From contig NC_081333.1 of the NCBI RefSeq assembly GCF_022539665.2, forward strand, positions 10,106,001 to 10,170,000: a DNA stretch of 64,000 bases, read 5' to 3'. The notes under the pieces were generated by a model that ran no database searches, was not told where the DNA came from, and saw only the letters and a list, made by a program, of their open reading frames with translations. The first letter of the stretch is position 1. The number at the start of each line of letters is the position of its first letter. This document shows, piece after piece, positions 27,232-38,664 of the stretch. The position numbers and the translations under genes are program-made. Source of the DNA: Daphnia carinata (Eukaryota).

Positions 27232-29227
27232 ATGCTGCTTAAATTTTTGGCAAGGAATCGCTGGCTTATGGGTAAATTTTCGCTAAAACCTGGTGATTCC
27301 CTGATAGAAGAGATGATTCTATGTCGCAATTTATTGCAAGCTGTCGGTTCCAATCGCTATGGCCAGTTACATAAGTACAGTACATTGACAAATATTGGTG
27401 GTAAATATAGAAATTACCTATTCCTAGGCATGGAGCCATTAATGTATTAATAATTTTTTTCAGAAAAAATCACTGCTAGCAAACTTGAAGAGGAAGGAAG
27501 GCCATTGTACTTAGACGCACAAGCCACAACCCCAGTTGTGAGTAAAACTCTTTTGTTTCATTTAAAAATGAATATGCTACATATTTATGCGCTTAGGACC
27601 CAAGAGTACTGGACGCCATGCTCCCATACATGACAAATTATTATGGAAACCCTCATTCTAGAACTCATTCATATGGATGGGAAAGTGAGAAAGCAGTTGA
27701 ACAAGCTCGTGAGGTATGTTACTATAGTATATGTACATGTTGCTTTTGAACTAAATTTTAAAATCCATGTAGCAAGTTGCAAGGCTAATTAATGCTGACC
27801 CAAAAGAAATAATTTTTACATCTGGAGCCACTGAAAGCAACAACATAGCAGTTAAAGGTGTTGCAAGGTTCTACAAAATGAAAAAGAATCATATAATCAC
27901 TACCCAGACGGTGTGTATTTTTATATATTTTTTTAAAACTAGTTTGTAAATATAATTATGTGCTACCTGGTTTTAGGAACATAAATGTGTCCTGGATTCC
28001 TGTCGTGTTCTTGAAGGAGAAGGATTTGAAGTAACTTACCTACCTGTCCTCCCCAGTGGTTTAATTGATCTAAACAGCCTTCAGAGTGCCATTAGGCCGA
28101 CGACTGTGTTGGTCTCGGTAATGGGCGTAAATAACGAAATTGGAGTTCAACAGCCATTGGCAGAAATAGGTAAGAAGTTGCATACAAAGAAGACAATACT
28201 CCCATTTGCTCTTATATTTTGTTTATTTAATAGGTGCCATTTGTCGAAAGGCGAAAGTCTTTTTCCACTGTGACGCAGCTCAGGCTGTAGGTAAAATTCC
28301 TATGGATGTTGAGGCGATGTCGATTGATCTTATGTCCATCAGTGGACATAAGCTTTATGGCCCAAAAGGTTTCTTAATTTGAAATGGCCTTAAGAATTTC
28401 TGAATGGAACCTTCACACGTTGCTTCTTCTCTTTGAATGAACATAGGTGTTGGTGCCCTCTACGTAAGACGTAGGCCTCGAGTTAGGATAGAAGCTTTGC
28501 AAAGCGGAGGTGGCCAGGAGCGAGGTTTGCGTAGTGGAACGGTTCCGACACCACTGACTGTTGGTCTGGGTGCTGCTTGTGATATTGCTAAGGAAGAACT
28601 TCAGGTAGTGTTAATCGTCATAATCTTTGCAATTATTTTGTATGGGTTGTTATAAAGAAAATCAATCGTTAGTATGATCATAACAGAATCACAAAACTGT
28701 CACATCGCCTGGTCGACCAGATAAGTAAAAGTTTAACTCATGTTATACGAAACGGAGATCCTGAACACTCCTATCCAGGTTGTGTTAACCTGTCGTTTGC
28801 CTATGTTGAGGGTGAAAGTCTTTTGATGGCCTTAAAAGGTATCATTTAACATAAAATGCGTTATAAATTATCCATAACTCGTTTTTGTAATACTATAGAT
28901 GTGGCACTATCAAGTGGAAGCGCTTGCACTTCAGCCTCGTTAGAACCCTCCTACGTTTTGCGCGCTATTGGGGCTGAAGAGGATTTAGCACATTCTTCTA
29001 TTCGATTTGGAATTGGAAGGTTTACTACCGAAGCTGAAGTTGATTACACTGCGCAAAGGTGTATACATCAAGTTTCGAAACTTCGTGAAATGAGGTAGGT
29101 GTTAACTAGGCTTATGCTTCTAATTAGCTATCCAAATAACAAAAAAAATTTCTCATTTGTTAGTCCTTTGTGGGAAATGGTCCAAGAAGGAATTGATTTG
29201 AAGAGTATCAAATGGACGCAGCATTAA
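27232..29227 (+). CDS. NFS1: Mitochondrial cysteine desulfurase NFS1 (start codon could be 27181)
   Basis: [51 protein letters not shown] (PLP lysine), [20 protein letters not shown] (catalytic Cys) and C-terminal IKWTQH*. Confidence 0.97.
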
Positions 29228-30824
29228 TTTTTTTTGTTCACTTACGAACATTAAAGACATTCATGTTTATCTTCGTCCTTGTAAAATAAAGGCTCGGAAA
29301 TATATACTGAAGACTGTAGTTAAGTATAATGTTTCTGATTGTGTATGGATTTATGACACAACTGGAAAATAGTAGAATATAGTGATTTATCTGTACAGTT
29401 ATATTCTTTCCTTGGATAGAAATGCGTTAAGGAGAATGCAATCCACTGACAGATTGGCGAGATCATTGATGTTTAAGATTTTGCTGTTGAGGTTCATCCT
29501 CTAAATCCGCTATCAATTTATTTTTACCAACAAAAACTTACGGGTATCGAAGAGTGTCACATAGCTCGATGATTAGCTGCCTGCATCCATGAAACCTAGT
29601 GGCTATGGGGAATCTTGCGTAATCCGATTATAATAAGTTTAAAACAGAGTTTACGATGCCTATTTTACTCTGTAGACTCTGGTCTCATTTTGGTCGCGTA
29701 GGGTATGGTGCCGTCAGCTTTACCTGAATCGCACAGGTAAGTTTTGACACAAACAAGGAACAACGTAATGAAACATGAACGTAAGAAGTGGGTTTCTTTA
29801 CATGCAAATATTTAGTTTTCAATTTCTAAATGTTAAAATATTATACAAAAAATAAAAATATTTTGCATTGGTTGATGTTAGGGGGAAAAAATGGGCCGGT
29901 CCATGCTAGTACTTGACGAGCAAAACCAGTAACCCATCGCAGTGAGCATGTAAGTAGGGACCAGAGGAATAACCGTACAGCCCCGGGTGTCCCACCCCAG
30001 AGCGCCTAAGATAATCTGATCGGTGGTGGACCTGAATCCAGATCGTAGAAGAGAATCTCGTGCAGACTCCCATGATTACGTATATATACCGAACATATCC
30101 ATGTATACCCCTCCCCTCTCCCCACGGGGGCATATCATGAATACCAAGGTATGCGGACGGGACATCCTCGCGTAATCACGGTCCTCGACCACCTCCCATT
30201 CTCCAGATCTAGACCACTGGACTTCTCAGCTCTCTGTTCCTTCCCTACATGCCCATACAACACGGTGGGCCTTGGTTGTGAATTCAAGTCGGTTCATGAA
30301 TGAATCGGGAAATTAAGGCACTTGGTGTCCAGATCTCAACACTCGATTGCCCATAATGCCAACTTCATTCGCCTTTAGCATTAGGGAAGTATCAAACTAT
30401 ATCATAATTGCCCTAATCCTTAGCATCTCCGACCATCTGTAATGTGCTTCACCTTACCTTTTATACCGTGTATTTTTTCTAGAAAACATCGTTAACAACT
30501 TCACCGTTTTCCAGCACATAGTTTAATAGTAATTATTTTGATATTCCCCAAACCAATAAATGAACTTTATTTTTCTGCGCTGTTTCAACTATCCTGTAGA
30601 AAAAAAAAGCAATACTTCAGCTTTAAAAATTATTTTTGACATAACAAAACGATTGTACAGTACCTAAATCCTAACGGTGTTTAGGTATATTAAAATTTCA
30701 CTCCGCGTAAAAAACACTCCGCATAATCTTTCTTGAAATAAAAATTACGCGGAGTGTTAAAAGAAAAAATTACGCGGATTGTTTCTATCTAGGAGAGATC
30801 ATATCTAGGAGGATCATATCTAAA

Positions 30825-31100
30825 GGAGCTACAGAGGAAGAAGTTAAATGATTGGGAAATTCGGTTTAAATACTACAGAGGACTAAAAAACTTTATTTGA
30901 TGATTTAATGTCTGAAATGGGAAGTTCATCATCTATTTATGCAGACGGAGAAAGTACAAGGTCGACTGCTGGACTGGAAAAACAACGACTAAACACCCAA
31001 GTTGCAGTATTTATCACTTAATTAATTTTCTTTTTCTAAAATGTCAATTCAGACAAAGAACACCAAAATGAATAAGGAAGAAGAAAATGCCGCATCATTG
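30825..31100 (+). pseudogene. RPC4 (POLR3D) gene fragment
   Basis: 30914-31097 is a diverged copy of 43710-43917 (an exon, intron and exon of the RPC4-like sequence). Confidence 0.6.
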
Positions 31101-31350
31101 ATTGTGTGAAACAAATTTTCAAGTGAATGATTGTGGGATTGTTGGATTTTGAAAGACAGAAAAAAATGCCAAAAAAAATCTAAATTAACATTGGAGGGTG
31201 ATGAGGATGAGAAAATTAAAGAATACAGGCTATGTCAGTTTGAAAATTTACCACAAAATTACTAAAGAAAGAGTATGTATAGCCAATCCATAATTTTTTT
31301 TTATGTTTTGTTTTTTTGGTTTCAGGATGAAAATGTTAGAAGCAGGTGCA
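31101..31350 (+). pseudogene. AIFM3 gene fragment (intron 1 to start of exon 3)
   Basis: Diverged copy of 23745-23995. Confidence 0.8.
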
Positions 31351-32455
31351 AACCCATTTGTGAGTAAAACCCTTTTGTTTCATTAAAGAATTTAATGTGT
31401 TCCGTGTTTATGATCTTAGGATCCAAGAGTACTAGACGCCATGCTCCCATACATGACAAACTATTATGGAAATTCACGTTCAAAGACCCATTTTATGGAT
31501 GGGAAAGCGAAAAAGCTGTTGAACAAGCTCTTGAGGTATGTTACTGTTATATATATTTATGTGTGTTGCTTTTAAACCAAACTTCAAAATCCACATAGCA
31601 AGCTGCAAGGCCAATAAATGCTGATTCAAAAGAGATCATTTTCAAATCTGGAGCCCCTGAAAGTAATAACACAGCAACCAAAGGTGTTACACGATTTTAC
31701 AAAATAAAAAAAAATCATACAGTGACTACTCAAGCGGTGAGTATGTTTATAGTTTGTTTTATAATTGGTTTATAAATATAACTATGTGCTAGCTGGTTTT
31801 AGGAACATAATGTGTCCTGGATTCCTGTTGTGTTCTTGAAGGAGAAAGATTTGAAGTAGCTTGCCTGCCTGTCCTTCTCAGTGCCATCAGGCCGACGACT
31901 GTGTTGGTCTCGGTAATGGGCGTAAATAACGAAATTGGAGTTCAACAGCCATTGGCAGAAATAGGTAAGAAGTTGCATACAAAGAAGACAATACTCCCAT
32001 TTGCTCTTACATTTTGTTTATTTAATAAGTACCGTCTGTCGAAAGGCCAAATTCTATTTCAATTGTGACGCAGTTCAGGCTGTAAGTAAAATTCCCATTT
32101 ATGTTGAGGCGATGTCAATTGATCTTATGACAATTAGTGGACTTAGATTTTGTGGACTTAGTGGACAAGCTTTATTATGACCAAAAGGTTCCGTAATTTG
32201 AATGGGTCTTAAGGATTTCTAAATGGAATCCTCAAACCTTCCTTCTTCTTCTTGAACATAGGTATCTGTGCCCTTTACGTCGGACGTAGGCTGCGGGTCA
32301 GAATTGAAGCTTTACAGAGCGGAGGTGGTCAAGAACGAGGTTTGCGTAGTGGAACGGTTTCAACTCTCCAGCCAGCTGACTTGGCGCTACTTGTGAGATT
32401 GCTAATAAGAACTTCCGATAGTGTTAATCGCCATAATGTTTGCAATTATTTTATA
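31351..32455 (+). pseudogene. NFS1 duplicate, middle portion, with frameshifts
   Basis: Diverged copy of ~27527-28643 including introns, with indels and loss of the intact SGHK motif region. Confidence 0.9.
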
Positions 32456-32674
32456 TAACTTTTTATAGTCTTTACAAGCAAGGAAACAAAAAAAATTTAC
32501 AAACAAAAATTCAGGGAGTGGAAGGTATAGATATTCTCCATCCTCTGGTCATAAAATAAATATAAAACAAATAGAAAACAAATATTTCCTTCAAATAATC
32601 ATTTAATTGTGAGTATGACTGGTAATTTATCATAGAATTCTAAGTGGTATGCTTCTTTTATCAAATTGTTGGGT

Positions 32675-34085
32675 GTGAAAATAAGCCCTACAAAATAAGC
32701 CCAATTTTTTCTTTTTTAAAATAAAATCAATAAATCTAGATAACTATAGACGATTTAGATTCCAAATTTAACAAGAAGCACGAAAATGAATTTTGTTTTA
32801 ACGTAGAGCTTATGGTTTTTGAATAATCTAACATTTAAAAGTAGGTGCGATAGAAATTTTAAGCCCGACAATATAAGCCCGACTTTTCCTTTTAAAAATA
32901 GAACTAAAAAATCAATAAATAGGGATAAATATTGTCACGGACGGATCACGATTCGCTACTGTAGTGGCGAATCGGATATTGCCAACGTAACAATATACAT
33001 GATTTAGATTCAAAAATTAACGACAACTCAATTTCACGTGTTGTGAAATTTATGGAATTTGAAAAATCTGGAATATAAAAGTAGTTGCGCTATAAGTATA
33101 ACAACTTTTATTGCTCATAATTAAAAAACTTCGTATGTAAATGGAAAACTAACATGCCAGTTAGAATCAGCGTAAGGTTTTGAACATAATGTGTGGTTTT
33201 TATTAAATTCTGAGAGACATTGCTTTTTGATGATTTTCGTCAAAATGAGAAGGCCTTCCCACTTTTTCAATTTTCGTCAAATTCTAGATTTTGTTAAAAA
33301 TACATTATTCCGATTTTAAATTGATCGCTGATCACGGAAATCGGGCTCGTTTTGACATGGGGCTTATATTTTTCGATCTAAAAATGAAAAACGGATGAAA
33401 AAGGCTGGCGCGCCGGCAGAGCGTTTTCACTGTTTAATACAGCAACAGTTGGTGTTAGGTAAAAACGAATGTTTTTCCCGAATTCAAGGTTAAATTTTGA
33501 GTATAAAAGTGTTATCTTCATCCTAGCAATGAATTTTTCAAAAAATTTGGGCAAATAAATTAAGCCCGAAAAAATAAGCCCGAAAAAATAAGTCCGAAAA
33601 AATAAGCCCGACTTTTTCTTTTTTATTTTTTATAAACAGTAAACAATAATATACACGATTTAGATCCAAAATTTAACAAGGATCACGAAAATGAACTTAG
33701 TTTTTGCGTAGAATTTACGGTTTTGGAGTAATCTAAAATATAAGAGTATGTGCGCCATAACGGCTACGATAGTGCTGTATTCCAAAACTTCATAAGTAAC
33801 GGGAAAACTAACATGCCAGTTAAAATCAGCGTACGATTTTGAACATAATGTGGTTTTTTTTATTGAATTCTGAGAGATGTCACTTTTTGATGATTTTCAT
33901 CAAAATGAAAAGGCTATATAGCCTTCTCACTTTTTCAATTTTCGTCAAATTCTATATTTAGTTAAATATACATTATTCCGATTCTAAATTGATTGCTGAT
34001 CACGGAAATCGGTATCGTTTTGACAAGGGGCGTATAGTTTTTGATCTAACATTAAAAAATGGATGAAAAAGGCTGGCGCGCCAGT
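32675..34085. repeat. AT-rich non-coding interspersed repeat with internal tandem units (AAGCCCGA motifs)
   Basis: ~33130-33417 is repeated at ~33790-34084; AATAAGCCCGA reiterations at 33560-33612; related to 53620-55090 in the opposite orientation. Confidence 0.65.
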
Positions 34086-34109
34086 AAGATTGAAGGAATA
34101 AACTACCTT

Positions 34110-34281
34110 GTAGTAAACGTTCCTCCGGAGTTGTCAAATTATGTTCGCTGACAAAAAATCCGTTATCTGTCAGATTTAGCGCCAAATTTCGACCCATCAC
34201 TGCTAAGCCAATAAAGCCGATGTCAGTTCTTGTTACAATAAGATCGGTAAAATTGAAAAAATATATGTGTTAATAGTGCAA
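34110..34281 (-). pseudogene. 6-phosphogluconate dehydrogenase 5' fragment
   Basis: ATG GCT AC|intron|A ACT GAC gives MATTDIGFIGLAVMGRNLALNLTDNGFFV, after which homology is lost next to the repeat. Confidence 0.75.
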
Positions 34282-35563
34282 TCTTTGGCCTACGTAGCCA
34301 TAAATTTCATTTTTACAGTATAAGCATCGGATATAGTCGAAACACTTCAATCCAATGCCAACACGATCGTTTTAAAGACTAAAAAGGCCTGAGTAGAATT
34401 GATCAAAATGTCGGAAAATAAAATTACTTTCGATCCATTGCGTGAAGATGAAATTTTTCTTACGAGCACGATACACTTTCACTACTGGCTTTCTGCAAGA
34501 CGACTGATGATAAAAAGATGAACGTTGCTCCATATACATGTAAAATGATAGCGTACCTATGGTAAGATTATGTCAAATTTTCGTTCCCATCAGTTATTCG
34601 ACGGTAATTTTCTTTCTTCGGTTCAAATATGAGGAAAATGCTTTTGCTATAATGTTGTACAGAACAGATTGCCAATAAAACTTTTTGCGTTGCTCGATTT
34701 TTGTTCCGATGTCGTAGCAAATGAAAGCTAGAAGAAAGTAGGTCAAAAGCTTCTTTTGCTTAAAAAAAATAATAAAGCTTTTACTTTAACGTGCAGAGAA
34801 CCAGGTTAAATCTTACATTTCTTTTTACGAAAAGCAAGAAGCTCAGCAGAAGGTGACCCGTCATTTTCTTCTTTAAAATACCACGGCGTTTAGGTTTTTA
34901 AGTATGCTATTATACAGGAAAAGAAATTGAAAGCACAAGCAGGGATATGAACTTTTTTTGGAAATATATTTTTAACGATGATATAACGTAGAAGTTCTGT
35001 GCTTTTCTTATTCTTCCATAATAATCCATATAGTATGTGGAAAATAAACCTAACAGAATATACCAAAAGTTTATTAGATGATAAAATAAATCTTTCACTG
35101 TCGTCAGGATACGTATCAAACGTCGTTAGGAAGCATTCCCCAGAACAAGTTTCGTGAATCTTCCGTCTGCTAGTTTCGGGAATCCGGGACTTGGCTAAAC
35201 AACAGCCTAATAGATATTTGCAAAATCCGAGAACTAGTCACGAAGAAATGGAACCAGAAAACCCTAGGAAAATCATATGTCTCCGTTATTGATTCTGTTT
35301 TGCTTACGGAAGAACACAAACTTAAATTTTGATTGTGTTGGCGTTTTTTGTCCAGTTCTATCATACTATACTCTAGGCCTCTAGCGTTACGAATGTAATG
35401 GATCTTTAACCAATACAGAGTTTGAACGGGTCTGCCCCAAAGCGAACGTCACCGTATCGCTCATTGAGCAGTTTTCATTCCTAAGAGCTGTCATATATTG
35501 CTCTTCTTACGAGTTCCTTTGTAGCTTTTTATACCAAATCTACCACATAAATAACCCTTAGCG

Positions 35564-36066
35564 ATGGGTACGGAATATGTCAACTTGATGGCAATCTATC
35601 ATATATATATTTGTCGCTAGATTCTTTTTTTCTGTAGGAGGTCTTCTAAGTTACTTCCGCAGTTTAATCGGTAGCCGGGAAATGAGGATTTTAATCTTAG
35701 GGCTTGACGGTGCGGGAAAAACGTATTGGAGTTTTAATTAACGTACCGTATTGGAGGTGTTATTATTCCAACACTGATGCCATTATTTATGTTGTGGACT
35801 CAGACGTTGATAAAGATAGAATAGAAATATCTAAGCAAGAACTTGTTTCGATGCTAGAGGTAATATATTGAAGATGTGCTATGTAACTGGCATCACGCTG
35901 TGATAATGCTCTTGCGAATCATTTTTAGCAAGAAGAACTAAAAGGAGCAATTCTAGCTGTTCTAGCTAATAAATAAGATATGGAAGGTGCCATGAGTGTA
36001 GCAGAAGTGCATCAAGCCTTAGGTTTAGATTTGCTCAGAAACCGAACAGAAACATCGGCAAAGGGG
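35564..36066 (+). pseudogene. ARL1 (ADP-ribosylation factor-like 1) pseudogene with internal deletion
   Basis: [30 protein letters not shown] jumps to [23 protein letters not shown] has become NK*D (TAA 35974-35976); ends at ETSA. Confidence 0.85.
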
Positions 36067-36218
36067 GTTGACGGGCAGACATTATTCAAGAAAAGACGGT
36101 CAAAGGGAAAAAAGTGGATGGATGGGCAACTACAGCGGGCGTTTTCTGGGCTGAGACAGTGAAGGAAAGACGGGCAAATGCAAGGAAAAGGTCAATGGGC
36201 AACTATATTGATCGTTTT

Positions 36219-36770
36219 GGCGGGCAGCGAGTGGGCTGACGGGCAGCGAGTTGGCCAACGGGCAGCGAGTGGGTCGACAAGCAGAGAAGGGGCCGACGGG
36301 CAGCGAGTGGGTCGACGGGCAGAGGGGTGGCCGACGGGCAGAGAGGGGGCCGACGGGCAGCGAGTGGGTGAACGGGCAGAGAGGGAGCCGACGGGCAGAG
36401 AGGGGGCCAACGAGCAGAGAGAGGGTCGACGGGCAATAACAGCAGGCTTCTTAGCGGGTAAAAGCAAAAAGTGAGTGGACGGACAACTATAGCGGGGGTT
36501 TTGACGGGCAGCGACTGTGACGAAAGGGCGGGCAAATGCAAAAAAAGGTACATGTGCCCCTAAGGCAGGCATTTTTGCGGGCAGAATGTGGGTTGACGGG
36601 CAGAGATGGGGTCGACGGGCAAAGAGTGGTTTTACGGGCAAAGAGTGGTTTGACGAGCAAAGGGTGGCTTGATGGGTAGAGAGGGGGTCGACGGGCAACT
36701 TCAGCTGGTTTCTTGGCAGGCAGAGATAGTGTGGGAATGGACGGGCACAAAATGAGTGGGTCGGCGGGCA
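36219..36770 (+). repeat. 19-bp G-rich minisatellite (GACGGGCAGMGAGNGGGYC)
   Basis: About 11 consecutive units at 36219-36430, more degenerate units to ~36770, and scattered GACGGGCA motifs from 36070. Confidence 0.9.
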
Positions 36771-36789
36771 AGAAAGGGGAATTCTTGAT

Positions 36790-36911
36790 TTGTAAAAAGA
36801 ATTAAGAGTAGACGGGCGAAAAAATGACGTGGATCAATTTTCTGATAAAATAGCGCTAAAATACGTTAGCGCCACCAACTCCCGGCTCTGGACGGGCCCA
36901 AAGTTACTAGT
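36790..36911 (+). mobile_element. Helitron-like 3' terminus (candidate)
   Basis: Imperfect GC hairpin CCCGGCTCTGGACGGG (36881-36896), a 10-nt spacer, then CTAG-T (36907-36911); homologous to 46418-46555 on the minus strand. Confidence 0.5.
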
Positions 36912-37917
36912 GAAAGAATAATAATACAAAGAAATGAAAGAAACAACTCGAAGATGTCGGGTGATGAGAAGCTGAAATAAAATTTTAATTTCGTATACGC
37001 AGAGAATCGTAACGAATAATGTTTCGTAAATGAGGTTGAATTACTTGATTATAGATCATTGGGATGCTAACCCAATTATAGCTCCTAAGGGCACCGCAGT
37101 TCCAGATTAGGTCCACACAATTTTATGCCTTCCTAATTTCCTGAACTCTATACGCAAGAACGTTGAACTGTTCTTCCCCAATCAACTAGAAAACCCAGAA
37201 TGAATATGATAATAATAATAACAACAGACATCAATTGTTTGCTTTTTTATATCTCTAAACTAATCAAATATTCAAGACATCAATTGTTCACATAGAGGCT
37301 TACCCGGGAGTTACTGTGTCCATTCGGTGATAATTGAATCGTTCAGATACATAAGCTGCAATCTTTGATGAACGACTCAATCACCACATCGAGACCAGAT
37401 ACTACTAAGGTGAAACCTCAACACGTAAACGACTTTTGCCCTGTCAATCTGAATTAGCTCAAGGAAAATTTGTATTTTATTGTTCGAAATGATCACAAAA
37501 AAAAGAAAGCCAAAGAGTAAATTCAAATAAGTCACCTCAGCTACCATTTAAAGAACAAATCAATATTTGGCGGTATTTTTCCCTGAAACTGATCGAATGT
37601 CGTGGATATCATGTCTGTTTAGGTTAGAGGCCCAGCCCAGGAGTCGATTCGTAACTCATTGATGAGTTAGGCATTCATGGTCTACATAAGCAGCAATTCC
37701 ATGAACGCTTCCATCATCACCTCGAAACAAGATACTCCCAGAGCTAAAGCCACCAAACATTAAACGATGTTTTATCCATTCCATACGATCAGTTCAGGTA
37801 GATTTGCAATTCAAACGGGTAGTTAAAAATTAATACGTTTGTTTTTGTCGAAAGTCATACATTAACTGCATGTGGAAAGCCAAAAGTGGGAAATTGGTGA
37901 ACTTATTTGGGGGGTGA

Positions 37918-38433
37918 CTAGGAAGCCGTCGATAAGAAAAGAGCACTTGGATATACCGACCGTCGTTCTTTTTTACACCTGAGTAGCGTGTCGTATACGG
38001 ACTGCATATTCTGCTTTGCGGCAGACGCACCAATAACCTGTAGTAGTTTTAGCCACGAATTAAGAAAATTTTCCCAATTACAGAAAACTTCAAAGAAATA
38101 ACCATGGCTGCAAGAATTCCTCGCCATCATTGCCGTCTTCAGCATCTCTTGATCATTCCTGTTCTTTGCGTCATGTGCCAAATAATTAATGTCCTGCTTT
38201 TGTTTGATTATCATCTCCTTTAAGTTATCGTAGAAGTCGAGGGAGACTGTGTGACTTTTATTTTTTAAACTGAGAAATTGGCGTACTGATGGTGCCATGA
38301 ATTTCACTATGCAGCCGTACATTATCTGACTAAGACTAAAGGCGTCGCCCTCGTCGTACGCGCGCAGCGGGAAACGTAATATCCTATTCCACCCTACATC
38401 ATGAAACCGCTTTGTTTTTAAGCACCGACACAC
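37918..38433 (-). CDS. Hypothetical alpha-helical protein or fragment with an R-x4-H (HEPN-like) motif
   Basis: 171-codon ORF containing AMMARNSCSHG followed by amphipathic W-rich helices. The 5' end is undefined. Confidence 0.4.
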   Translation of the reverse strand: MCRCLKTKRFHDVGWNRILRFPLRAYDEGDAFSLSQIMYGCIVKFMAPSVRQFLSLKNKSHTVSLDFYDNLKEMIIKQKQDINYLAHDAKNRNDQEMLKTAMMARNSCSHGYFFEVFCNWENFLNSWLKLLQVIGASAAKQNMQSVYDTLLRCKKERRSVYPSALFLSTAS

Positions 38434-38664
38434 TGCCCGTAAATTAGTTGCAGCATGAGTGTCATGGACACCCTCGCATACCCTAATCCATTGGGAGATC
38501 GTAGTTTCCCAGGTATCAGAAATAGACTGTAGGTTTATATGGAATACACTGTTACGTCCTTTGACGGCTCCTCTAAGCTGAAATTCAGGAACTCTGGTGT
38601 AAAGGAAGTATTCATGCGAATGCCAATTGAAGGAAACTGTTTAGTGTTCACCCTCAATGGCCGC

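Noticed and set aside
29885..30450. GC-richer island, possible retroelement fragment
   Set aside because: No RT, integrase or LTR motif is recognisable; left unassigned.
34110..34281. Bacterial gnd horizontal transfer (AVMGRNLALN resembles bacterial 6PGD)
   Set aside because: It has a spliceosomal intron within codon 3, consistent with an animal gene origin.
36219..36430. Possible CRISPR-like array
   Set aside because: Contiguous tandem units with no unique spacers, in a eukaryotic context with no cas genes.
36178..36771. Several 60-170 aa ORFs with repeated peptides
   Set aside because: Translations of the 19-bp minisatellite; the unit is not a multiple of 3 and ORFs are open in several frames on both strands.
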